Shown: piece after piece, positions 19,387-28,116 of the stretch
Layout: each line of letters begins with the position of its first letter
How positions within the stretch are numbered: the stretch's first letter is position 1
Source: Patescibacteria group bacterium
GTDB taxonomy: Bacteria; Patescibacteriota; Microgenomatia; UBA12405
Assembly (NCBI GenBank): GCA_023380755.1
Contig: JAMCSD010000006.1
Coordinates: 120,385-184,384 of the forward strand
Direction of reading: 5' to 3'
DNA length: 64,000 nt
Translations under genes and position numbers: made by a program
Notes under the pieces: model-generated
Seen by the model: only the letters and a program-made list of their open reading frames with translations
Database searches by the model: none
Told to the model about the DNA's origin: nothing

Positions 19387-19852
19387 TCGGGGGTTTGCCC
19401 CGCCGCGTCGGGGTTTTACCCTCATCGAAGTTATTATCACCATGGGGATCTTTGTGGTCCTGTTGTCTTTGGGCACCGTTTCCCTAATTAATGCCCAGCA
19501 CATTGCTTCCTTGGACACCGTCACCAATACCCTGATTACCGATCTTAAACAGCAGCAACTGAAAGCCATGGTCGGGGATACCGAAGGGCGTTTTTCCCGC
19601 AGTTCTTATGGCATTCATTTCGATACTGGTGATTATGTCCTGTTTCACGGCACTTATAATTCCAGTGACCCGACCAATTTTACCGTTCCCCTCGTGGGTT
19701 CCTTATCTTTTGCTTCCGCCGGTGAGGTCAGCTTTTCCCAGGGCAGCGGCCAGGTCACCGGCTTGTCCGTTATCACCTTGTCCGATTCTACCAACGGCCG
19801 GCAAAAAGTTATTAATTTAAATTCCTATGGCGTCGTTACCTCCCTCCACTAA
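19376..19852 (+). CDS. Prepilin-type minor pilin or pseudopilin
   Basis: Class III signal RRGFTLIEV (Gly-1, Phe+1, Glu+5) followed by a hydrophobic helix. Confidence 0.7.
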   Translation: MPINRGFAPPRRGFTLIEVIITMGIFVVLLSLGTVSLINAQHIASLDTVTNTLITDLKQQQLKAMVGDTEGRFSRSSYGIHFDTGDYVLFHGTYNSSDPTNFTVPLVGSLSFASAGEVSFSQGSGQVTGLSVITLSDSTNGRQKVINLNSYGVVTSLH

Positions 19853-21809
19853 CCGCGGCCAATCGATCGTCGATCTCGTTATCGCCATGGGTTTGTGTGC
19901 CGTTTTATTGCCGGCCCTGATTACCGGCCTGGTCGCTTCCCGTAACGGCAAAGCCCAGCAGCAGCAGCGCGACGAAGCCACCACTCTTCTTAAGGAAGCC
20001 GAGGAAGCCGTCCGCAGTATCAAAGAAAAAAGCTGGGACGATCTCGTCCCCATCGGCTCGACCTTGCACTTAGCCCGTGCCGGCACCGGCTGGAGCTTAG
20101 CGGCTTCGCCGGAAACTATTAACGGTTTTACCCGTTCGATTACCATTCATAATGTTTATCGGGACTCTAATTTCAATATCATTGGCACCGGCACCAGCGA
20201 CCAAATTGATCCCTCCACCAAAGAAGTCGCCATTACTGTTTCCTGGTCTCAGCCCATTCCCGCCACCTCTCATACTGATTTCTACCTTACCCGTTACTTA
20301 GGCAATAAATATTATGAAGATACATCTGTCGCCGATTTTAACGCCGTTGGCACCACTCAGACCAACGTCCAGGTCACAAATATATTAGGCGGCGAAGTTA
20401 TCTTAGGACCTGGTAATCTGAATGCTGATTGGTGTCAACCTAATTTAACCGTAACCACCGTCGATTTACCCAAAAACGGAGTAGCTAATGCTATCTCGGC
20501 TATTCCCGCCAACGGGTCCAATCCGGCCTATGCCTTTGCTGGCACCGGCGATAACGCTAGCGGCGTTTCCTTTGCGAAAGTTAATATTACTGATACTAAT
20601 CCTCCTCAAGCTTCCATTCCCAATCCGGGCACTTTTGATGGTTTTAAAACCAATGCTGTCTTTGGAGAAGCTAATTACGCCTACCTTGGGACTGATAACA
20701 ATTCCAAAGAAATTGAAATAATCAATTTACAGACAAATCCCTATTCTGAAGCCGGCTATTTTAACGCTCCCGGTAATGGCAATGGTAACGCTATTTATGT
20801 TGCTAATAATATCGGTTATATGGCCAGTGGAAATAAATTTTATACCTTCGATCTCAGTTCCCGGATAGGTAATCGGGGTAATCCGCTAAACAATGGTCAT
20901 GTCACTACTTTGGCCGGCACCGCCACTAAGATCAGAGTCATTAACTACCGAGCATATATTTCGGAAAATAGTACCTCACGACAAATGGAAATTATTGATG
21001 TTTCCAATCCTGCCAATCCTTCCGTTATCGGTCAAGCAGTCAGCTTAAACGATCAAGGAGCTACCGATATTTTTATCAACGATACCGAAACTCGCGCCTA
21101 TCTGGTAACTTCAGCCTCTTCCACCAAAAATGATCTTTTTGTCCTCGACATTTCCACCCATACCGGAAACCGGCCTGTTCTTACCAGTTACAACACCAAC
21201 GGTATGAGCCCAAAAGGTGTCATCGAAGTCATGAATGACCAACGATTAATTGCCGTTGGCATTGGCGGTACGGAGTATCAAGTTTATTCTTATAACGATT
21301 CCACCCACACCATTAGTCTATGTGGCCCCGGAGTTAATGTTGATAGTGGTATTAATGGGGTTGCCGCTGTCACCCAACCTTCAGGTAATGTGTACTCCTA
21401 CATCATTACCGGAGATGCCACAGCTGAATTGAAAATTATTGCTGGTGGTCCCGGCGGGAGTACTCTTTACGCCACCATAGGTTATTTTTATTCTCGACCC
21501 TTCGATTCTACTAACCCCGTAGTCTACAACCGTTTCTTTGCCAATACCGATACGCCTACTGGCACCACCATTACTTTTAAGCTTGCCGCTGCTCCGCCGG
21601 GAAGTAGTGGTTGTAGCAATGCCAATTATCAATTTGTTGGACCCGATCTTAGCATCAATACTACCTATCCCGGCAGTAGTTTTATTCCCTGGAGTAACGG
21701 CCCCAATTTCTACAATCCTGCCCGTTGTTTTAGATACGAAGCCATTCTTTCCGGTGATGGCACCCACACCCCCACCCTTTACGATTTTACGGTTAACTAC
21801 TCTCCATGA
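19827..21809 (+). CDS. Large modular pilin-like protein (660 aa): pilin-type N-terminus fused to an LVIVD-repeat beta-propeller
   Basis: N-terminus NRGQSIVDLVIAMGLCAVLL is a prepilin-like leader with Asp at +5. The C-terminal 400 aa contains repeats of the form AYLGTD...EIEIINL, AYISEN...MEIIDVSNPANP and AYLVTS...LFVLDIS, which resemble LVIVD beta-propeller blades. Confidence 0.55.
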   Translation: MASLPPSTNRGQSIVDLVIAMGLCAVLLPALITGLVASRNGKAQQQQRDEATTLLKEAEEAVRSIKEKSWDDLVPIGSTLHLARAGTGWSLAASPETINGFTRSITIHNVYRDSNFNIIGTGTSDQIDPSTKEVAITVSWSQPIPATSHTDFYLTRYLGNKYYEDTSVADFNAVGTTQTNVQVTNILGGEVILGPGNLNADWCQPNLTVTTVDLPKNGVANAISAIPANGSNPAYAFAGTGDNASGVSFAKVNITDTNPPQASIPNPGTFDGFKTNAVFGEANYAYLGTDNNSKEIEIINLQTNPYSEAGYFNAPGNGNGNAIYVANNIGYMASGNKFYTFDLSSRIGNRGNPLNNGHVTTLAGTATKIRVINYRAYISENSTSRQMEIIDVSNPANPSVIGQAVSLNDQGATDIFINDTETRAYLVTSASSTKNDLFVLDISTHTGNRPVLTSYNTNGMSPKGVIEVMNDQRLIAVGIGGTEYQVYSYNDSTHTISLCGPGVNVDSGINGVAAVTQPSGNVYSYIITGDATAELKIIAGGPGGSTLYATIGYFYSRPFDSTNPVVYNRFFANTDTPTGTTITFKLAAAPPGSSGCSNANYQFVGPDLSINTTYPGSSFIPWSNGPNFYNPARCFRYEAILSGDGTHTPTLYDFTVNYSP

Positions 21810-22309
21810 AAAAATTAACCCTCGGCTTTACTCTTACCGAAATGATGGTCTATATCGGCCTCTTTTCCATCTTTTTGCTGGTCTTAACTGAAATTTTTGT
21901 TTCCATTCTTGACGTCCAAAAGGAATCCGAAGCCCTATCCAGTGTTGAGCAGGACAGCCGTTTTATTGTTGCCCGGTTAATTTACGACATCCAGCGCGCC
22001 CATAGCATTGATTTACCTTCCACTTTGGGTAGCCAAGGTTCCACCCTCTCCTTAACCATCAACTCAACCACTAATACTTATGCCCTCAATGGAGACAATA
22101 TCGCCGTCACCATCGGCGGTACGGCCACTCAATTTAATAGTTTTGATACTACCGTTTCCAATCTGCTCTTTCAGCATCTTGGCAATCCCGGCGGCAAGCT
22201 TGATTCTGTTGAAGTGTCATTTACCGTTACCAGCCGCACCGTCCGCCCTTCCGGTCCGGAAATTAAAAATGTCGATACTGTCATTAATTTACGACCTAAC
22301 TCTTCATGA
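21806..22309 (+). CDS. Prepilin-type minor pilin or pseudopilin
   Basis: MKKLTLGFTLTEMMVYIGLFSIFLL is a class III signal with Glu+5. Confidence 0.7.
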   Translation: MKKLTLGFTLTEMMVYIGLFSIFLLVLTEIFVSILDVQKESEALSSVEQDSRFIVARLIYDIQRAHSIDLPSTLGSQGSTLSLTINSTTNTYALNGDNIAVTIGGTATQFNSFDTTVSNLLFQHLGNPGGKLDSVEVSFTVTSRTVRPSGPEIKNVDTVINLRPNSS

Positions 22310-22680
22310 AAAAATTAACCACCGGCTCTGCCACCGTCACCCTCATCATTTTTATTGCCATTGCCTCCATTATTACCACTGCCGCCATCACCACCATTGC
22401 CGTCAACTCCTTGGCCGCCTCCCGCTTCGAAGAGGGGAATGTCGCTTCCTTTGTGGCCGAATCGGGCATTGAAGAAGGTTTAATCCGCTTTTTGCGCGAC
22501 CCCCTAAATTACACCGGTGAAACCCTGACGACTTCCGATGGCCAAGCCCAAATCACCGTTTCCGCCGATAAAACCACCCTGACCTCCACCGGCACTGCCG
22601 GTAATTACGTCCGGACCATTCAAGTCCAGCTTAATTATTCCGATAATTTAACTCTCTCCTCATGGCACGAAATCTATTAA
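22306..22680 (+). CDS. PilX-like minor pilin
   Basis: A hydrophobic N-terminal helix followed by SRFEEGNVASFVAESGIEEGL, a PilX_N-like pattern. It shares its first five codons with the preceding gene. Confidence 0.45.
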   Translation: MKKLTTGSATVTLIIFIAIASIITTAAITTIAVNSLAASRFEEGNVASFVAESGIEEGLIRFLRDPLNYTGETLTTSDGQAQITVSADKTTLTSTGTAGNYVRTIQVQLNYSDNLTLSSWHEIY

Positions 22681-23717
22681 AGTTCTCCCCTAAAATAGCC
22701 GTTCTCGTGGTTCAAAAAAACGGTCTTGGCTATTACGATGACTCTCGCGAATTAAATTTTAAGTTTCCTGCGGGGGCTGTGGTTGACCAAGAAATTGTTG
22801 ACCCTCTCCAATTTACTGCCACGCTTCAACAATTTATTCACGACCATCATCTTGAGCCCCACACCCTCTTATTGGTTCTAGATAAATCCTATTGTTTTTC
22901 CAAAATCTTTACCGCCGCCCCCGCCGCCGAAGCGGTTAACGAATTCTTGGCTAACATTCCTTTTTCATCCCTATCCTCGCTTCTTGCCCCGGTCGACAAC
23001 CGCACCTATCTTTTGGCCGTCAATAAAGATCTTTATGAAACCATCAAAAACGTTTTTCATCAGTCGAAATTTAAAATCACCCTGGTTCTCCCGAGTCTGG
23101 CCCTCGAGACTGCCAATTTAACCATCAAAAAACAGCTGACCCCTCATGCTCTTAAAGAAATTTCCCAAAAACAAAAAATCCTTAAAACCTTTAATTTTCT
23201 GGGAAGCCGCTCCCCATCCTATTCCTTTAGTGCCGCCTTTAAGCGTCTCCAAAACCATTCTTCCCGCAACTTATTTATTTTGCTTCCCGTCTTTTTATTT
23301 TTAGTCATTATTTTAGGTGGCCTTTTATGGCTTCGCTCTCATCCGTCGGTTCGTTTAGTCCGCTCCGGCATTACTAATATTCACCCGATCCCGACTAAGG
23401 CAGTTACTCCCACTATCCGCCCTTATTCTTTAGAAAGTACCACCATCAAAATTATTACCGCCGCCAACCGGCCTTCTAAAAATGCCGACAAGCTCAAAGA
23501 TAATCTCGCCTCCCTGGGCTTTAAAAATGTTGTCCTTAGCTCTACTACTGCTCCCAATACTTCCGCCAAAACCATTCTTTCATTTTCTCTTCGCTATCCT
23601 GCTGATCTTAAAGATAAGATTACATCAAGTACCAATAAGTTATTTATAGATACAATTATTCAAGACGATAATAACCTGGCTGCAGATGTCGTAATCACGG
23701 TGGGACAGAGTAATTAA
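22662..23717 (+). CDS. Pilus-assembly-associated bitopic membrane protein: PilM-like N-terminal region, one TM segment, LytR_C-like C-terminal domain
   Basis: A single TM segment (LFILLPVFLFLVIILGGLLWL) occurs mid-protein. The C-terminus IKIITAANRPSKNADKLKDNLASLGFKNVVLSSTTAP...ADVVITVGQ resembles a LytR_C domain. Confidence 0.35.
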   Translation: MARNLLKFSPKIAVLVVQKNGLGYYDDSRELNFKFPAGAVVDQEIVDPLQFTATLQQFIHDHHLEPHTLLLVLDKSYCFSKIFTAAPAAEAVNEFLANIPFSSLSSLLAPVDNRTYLLAVNKDLYETIKNVFHQSKFKITLVLPSLALETANLTIKKQLTPHALKEISQKQKILKTFNFLGSRSPSYSFSAAFKRLQNHSSRNLFILLPVFLFLVIILGGLLWLRSHPSVRLVRSGITNIHPIPTKAVTPTIRPYSLESTTIKIITAANRPSKNADKLKDNLASLGFKNVVLSSTTAPNTSAKTILSFSLRYPADLKDKITSSTNKLFIDTIIQDDNNLAADVVITVGQSN

Positions 23718-23802
23718 AAGAATAAGCGGTAATTTAAATTGACAGAATAATTTATTGTATGTTATCGTGGACTTGGATTGTTAAATATTAATAAAAAAAA
23801 TT

Positions 23803-24258
23803 ATGAGCTTATCCAAGCTTCAGTCAAAATCCTCCCAGGGTTTCACCCTCATCGAATTAGTCGTTGTCATTGGTATTTTGGCCGTCCTTTTAACCATCGT
23901 CTTAGTCGCGGTTAACCCCAGCAAACAATTCCAAGCTGCTGATGACACTAAACGACGTAGTGATGTCAACGCTATTCTAAATGCTATTTCACAATATTCT
24001 GCCGATCATCACGGATTATTACCATCCGGTATTGGTGACTCTGCTGCTGAAATCGGCACCCTTACTAACCTTTGTTCTGATTTGATTACTTCTCCTGGCA
24101 ACTATATTCCCGCTCTACCAGTTGACCCCACTCTTTCCACCGGACCTATTACCACTTGCACCGGCTCTTTCACGACCGATTATAGTGCCATGCATGATTC
24201 AAGTGGACGTGTAACTGTGGCTTCAATCTTAAACTCAGATATTTCTGTAATGCGCTAA
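23803..24258 (+). CDS. pilA: Type IV major pilin (PilA-like)
   Basis: Canonical signal SQGFTLIELVVVIGILAVLL, a small 151-aa protein with a C-terminal Cys pair, and a strong terminator downstream. Confidence 0.8.
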   Translation: MSLSKLQSKSSQGFTLIELVVVIGILAVLLTIVLVAVNPSKQFQAADDTKRRSDVNAILNAISQYSADHHGLLPSGIGDSAAEIGTLTNLCSDLITSPGNYIPALPVDPTLSTGPITTCTGSFTTDYSAMHDSSGRVTVASILNSDISVMR

Positions 24259-24278
24259 TTTTTCTCGAACTTTTAACA

Positions 24279-24308
24279 TCCCCCGCCGCGGCGGGGGTGT
24301 TTTTTTTG
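24279..24308 (+). terminator. Rho-independent terminator
   Basis: atcccccgccgcggcgggggtg followed by tttttttt. Confidence 0.75.
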
Positions 24309-24340
24309 ACATCAACTCTACAATCTGTCATCATACCCCC

Positions 24341-24571
24341 ATGAATAAAACACTCCTTATCGTCCTCTCGGTTGTCGCTGGTTTACTTTGTCTCGTCCTC
24401 GCCTTTATTTATTTCACCACTCCCGCTGCCGCCTTGCCCCACTTTTTGCCTGGCTTTAACGCCGCCTTAACTAAAGTCCATCATTACAAACATGGGTTAG
24501 GTGCGCTTATTTTAGGCTTGGGTTGTTTTGTTTTTGCCTGGTTCCAAAGCGGCCAAAAATCAGCCAAGTAA
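24341..24571 (+). CDS. Small two-TM membrane protein (76 aa), hypothetical
   Basis: Two hydrophobic helices. No known motif. Confidence 0.4.
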   Translation: MNKTLLIVLSVVAGLLCLVLAFIYFTTPAAALPHFLPGFNAALTKVHHYKHGLGALILGLGCFVFAWFQSGQKSAK

Positions 24572-25411
24572 TAAAATTACACTGGTCACTATTCCCGCGG
24601 CCAAGCAGTAAATCGCGAAAGGTTTTAAGGTATCGTTTTTAAAGTATTTTTCCAAAAATCGCACCGAGAAAAAAGCCGCTACAGCTGCCGCTAATGCCCC
24701 GGCCACCGTCGGCCCTAATATCGCCTGGCCGTTGGGGGTAGCGAGCTCCGGAATTTTCAAGAGCGACGCTGCTCCGATTACCGGGGTTGCTAGCAGAAAA
24801 GAAAACCGTGCCGCATCTTCGTGCGACAGTCCGGTTAATAACCCCCCGGTGATCGTTGACCCCGTTCGGGAAAAACCGGGCAAAAGGGCCAAGCATTGTA
24901 AGCCCCCCACCTTTAATGATTGCCCCCAGCTTAGTTTGGCAATTCGCTTGTCGCTGTCACCCGTCGTCTGGGCTACCGCTCTCCGTCGCAAAATTTCCGC
25001 CCCATACAGCATCACTCCGTTAAGTACCAGGAATCCCGCCGCTAATTGGGCTGAGGCAAAAATTTTTTTAAAAGTTTCTTCAAACAGCAAACCCATAATT
25101 CCCGCCGGAATGGTCCCTACGACCAGCAGCCAGCCCAGTTTGGCATCACTGTCTTTTATTTCCCGCTCCTTTAAGGACCTTAAGAGTCCCTTAATAATCC
25201 GCCACCAGTCTTTCCAAAAAAATAAGAAGAGGACTAAGGCTGTCGCGGTGTGAGTAGCCACTAAGAATGTCAAAAACATCGGGTTGCTTTCCTTCATCTG
25301 CCAATTTAAAAACCGTTCCAAAATGACGCTGTGCCCCAGGCTCGAGATGGGAAACAATTCGGTAATACCCTGAAGTGCCCCAATAAGTATCGCTTGAGCG
25401 TATGAAAACAT
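24560..25411 (-). CDS. uppP: Undecaprenyl-diphosphatase UppP/BacA
   Basis: The N-terminus AILIGALQGITELFPISSLGHSVIL is diagnostic, and the protein is a multi-TM membrane protein. Confidence 0.85.
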   Translation of the reverse strand: MFSYAQAILIGALQGITELFPISSLGHSVILERFLNWQMKESNPMFLTFLVATHTATALVLFLFFWKDWWRIIKGLLRSLKEREIKDSDAKLGWLLVVGTIPAGIMGLLFEETFKKIFASAQLAAGFLVLNGVMLYGAEILRRRAVAQTTGDSDKRIAKLSWGQSLKVGGLQCLALLPGFSRTGSTITGGLLTGLSHEDAARFSFLLATPVIGAASLLKIPELATPNGQAILGPTVAGALAAAVAAFFSVRFLEKYFKNDTLKPFAIYCLAAGIVTSVILLLG

Positions 25412-25447
25412 CTAGTCTGAGTATAGGGCACGGCGGTAAAATAATAT

Positions 25448-25765
25448 ATGGCTGAATCTAGTTTCCGGGAGCAGGTTTACGCCCTGGCCCGTCAAATCCC
25501 CAAGGGTTTTGTCGCCACCTATGGCCAGCTGGCTGCCCTGGCCGGCCACCCCCGGGCTGCCCGGGCTGTCGGCTTTTTTATGAAAACCAATCCCGATGCT
25601 CCTCGGACTCCCTGCCACCGGGTCGTCGCCAGTGATGGCCGTTTAACCGGCTATTCTGGGGCTGGGGGAGTAGCCGCTAAACGCGCCATGCTGCAGTCTG
25701 AAGGAGTCGTGTTTAAGGGTAAAAAGGTTGATCTCTCCGTTTCTTCCTGGCTCAAAAAAACTTAA
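25448..25765 (+). CDS. ogt: Methylated-DNA-protein-cysteine methyltransferase, single DNA-binding/active-site domain
   Basis: PCHRVV active-site motif with the conserved Cys. Confidence 0.75.
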   Translation: MAESSFREQVYALARQIPKGFVATYGQLAALAGHPRAARAVGFFMKTNPDAPRTPCHRVVASDGRLTGYSGAGGVAAKRAMLQSEGVVFKGKKVDLSVSSWLKKT

Positions 25766-25771
25766 GCATCG

Positions 25772-26878
25772 TCACTTATACAAATAGAAAAAATCTTTAT
25801 TATAGCCATTTAAATATTGTCCTTTGCCATCATACAGCCGGGTCGACAGCGGCTCGCTTAAGTAATTATTACCACCCTGAGAATTAAAAATATTAAATTT
25901 TACCCAATAAGGATTAATGTCTAACTGGATGGCATTCACCGCCCCGGCCATTTTCAGTGCTTCCGCCAAACTGTCGGCATTCAAATTATTTCCCACCGCA
26001 AACAGCAGGTTGCCATCTTTGGTCAATCCTAATCCCGACCGCCAGGTAAAAATACTGGCCGTAATTGTCCGCCCCCACAGTTTCTTATTTTTTGGGTCGA
26101 GTACCGCTAATTGTCCATTCAACACCAGAATTGGGCAATTCTGCCGCACAAACGCTACCCCCGGCCCCAACTCTTGACCTTCATAATCGATAATCTTCAA
26201 GTCCCCGTTGTCATAGGCTACCAGCGTTCCTAAATCTTTTTTCAATGGTAAATAAGTAGTTTCGCCCACTATCATGCCGTAGGCTCCATCCCGGTACTGA
26301 AAGCCGCCGTCAAACGCCGCTATCAATCGCCCGTTATTCACAATTTCTGCTGGTACCACTCCGGGTCCCGGTTTCCCCACCGGCCCGCCTGGTTCCTTTT
26401 TGCCGGCTACCAATCCCAGTCTTAAGGCTTTGATATCAATTTGCGCCACGTTGACCAGGGCATAAGGCCGTTCCGGATCTGGCCGCACAAAAGTACTGGC
26501 CATTACTGTTTCTTCTGGGAAGAGCTTTAGCGGTCGGTTTTTCCATACTCCCTCTCCTGACAGGGGAGTCAATGCCGGGTTCACCGCCACCGGATTTAAG
26601 TTTAATCGATTCTTATATATGGTGGCTGTTCCTAAGCTATTATCTTGGGCAGCATTAGTCGCCACGGCATTTTTACTGTAAGCTAACTGTTGGGCCTTAT
26701 CCGAGGCATTGTAATAATATTTTTCCAAAGTGATGACATTATTCGCTCCCAGCAAAGGGCGGAGATAGGCATCGGTAAATTCGGCTGCCGCCGGAGTATC
26801 CAATTTTATAAAAGCCACCGCCCCCACTCCCAATACTGCCAGGACCGCGACTACCATAATGCTAAGGCGCTTGAGCAT
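25772..26878 (-). CDS. Secreted protein, phosphodiester-glycosidase-like (DUF2233-type)
   Basis: Signal peptide. AAFDGGFQY and AIQLDIN segments resemble the NAGPA/DUF2233 family. The match is weaker than for the paralog at 48784-49692. Confidence 0.35.
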   Translation of the reverse strand: MLKRLSIMVVAVLAVLGVGAVAFIKLDTPAAAEFTDAYLRPLLGANNVITLEKYYYNASDKAQQLAYSKNAVATNAAQDNSLGTATIYKNRLNLNPVAVNPALTPLSGEGVWKNRPLKLFPEETVMASTFVRPDPERPYALVNVAQIDIKALRLGLVAGKKEPGGPVGKPGPGVVPAEIVNNGRLIAAFDGGFQYRDGAYGMIVGETTYLPLKKDLGTLVAYDNGDLKIIDYEGQELGPGVAFVRQNCPILVLNGQLAVLDPKNKKLWGRTITASIFTWRSGLGLTKDGNLLFAVGNNLNADSLAEALKMAGAVNAIQLDINPYWVKFNIFNSQGGNNYLSEPLSTRLYDGKGQYLNGYNKDFFYLYK

Positions 26879-26911
26879 AAACTTTTCTCATTATAACAAT
26901 GCTAAACTATT

Positions 26912-28096
26912 TTGCCATACATGAAAAAACATGTCCCCGAAATTGATATCGCTCGGGGGATTTCCATTGCCTTTATTGTCTTTTATCATTACTTTTTAGA
27001 ACTTTCCCGCTTTCACCTTCGCCCTATTGTAGGCAGTTTATCCACCAATATTTCCCGCCTCTTCATTCTGCCCTGGTCAATTAAGCTGTCGCTGGTCGTC
27101 AACCCTTTAAGCGCCATTTTTAGTTTTGGCTGGGAGTTTGTCGGCGTCTTCCTTTTCTTAAGTGGCTTTACCCTTTATTACTCCAAAAAAACTTCTCCCC
27201 CCTCCACCAACTCTTTTCTAGTTAAACGGCTCCGGTCGCTAGTTCCGGCTTGGCAGATAGCTATCGCTTTCGCCTTTGTAATTAACCTTATCTTTTCTTG
27301 GGTTTTTCGGTCATATATTATCACTGTGCCCTCCACTAAGATCGTTGATTACCTCTATCTTCTGCTCTATCCTGTCGTCGTCGATTCTGCTTTCCAGCGT
27401 ATACCCGGAGTCAATCCTTCTTTGTGGTTTATGTCGCTCCTGTTTCAATTTTATTTAATTTTTGAAGTCGTATATCTTTTTTGCCAAAAATACGGTATTA
27501 AAAAGGTTTTTTGGTTTTCCTTGCTTATCGATATCTTTTCCCGGGTGATACTGGTTTTTGTTCTTAATGGCATTCCCTCATCGCTCAGTGCCGGAGTTCC
27601 CAAAAATTACCAAGCCTTTACGCTTTTCCCGGCTCGCCTTTTCGAATTTGTTGCCGGCATGTATCTTGCCCAAATCTTTATTGATACTGGCTCCTTTAAA
27701 ACTCTGACCAAAAAGTATGCCCTTCCCGTTGGGATTATTTTTTGGCTTCTGGGCAATATGTGCAACTATTTCGTTGCCGGCTGGGTTCTTTCCGACACCC
27801 TCTTAACCATTGGTCTCGTCATCATCGTTTTTAATGGTTTAGCCCTTTTTAAGGACTTTAAGCACAACACCCTTTTTTCAATCTTAGGAAAAAACTCCAT
27901 TTGGATTTATTTGCTTCACAACCAACCCATTACCCAAATTCTGGTTCCCTTAACTTTTCTTATCGGCCAAAGGTTGCCTTTGTCACTCTCCATCATCCTC
28001 AGCTTTTTAATTTTGGGCATCATTATCGCTTTCTCCACCAAACTTCCTTTTTCTCCCGCTCCATCTAAGACTCTGCTTGTATCACCAACTAAATAA
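26912..28096 (+). CDS. Acyltransferase family 3 membrane protein (OatA/OafA-like)
   Basis: N-terminal IDIARGISIAFIVFYHY motif and about 10 TM helices. Confidence 0.65.
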   Translation: MPYMKKHVPEIDIARGISIAFIVFYHYFLELSRFHLRPIVGSLSTNISRLFILPWSIKLSLVVNPLSAIFSFGWEFVGVFLFLSGFTLYYSKKTSPPSTNSFLVKRLRSLVPAWQIAIAFAFVINLIFSWVFRSYIITVPSTKIVDYLYLLLYPVVVDSAFQRIPGVNPSLWFMSLLFQFYLIFEVVYLFCQKYGIKKVFWFSLLIDIFSRVILVFVLNGIPSSLSAGVPKNYQAFTLFPARLFEFVAGMYLAQIFIDTGSFKTLTKKYALPVGIIFWLLGNMCNYFVAGWVLSDTLLTIGLVIIVFNGLALFKDFKHNTLFSILGKNSIWIYLLHNQPITQILVPLTFLIGQRLPLSLSIILSFLILGIIIAFSTKLPFSPAPSKTLLVSPTK

Positions 28097-28116
28097 GTAG
28101 TAGAATAAGTGTTATA

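Noticed and set aside
24732-25253. 173-aa ORF antisense to uppP
   Set aside because: The uppP frame has the diagnostic motifs, so the antisense ORF is spurious.
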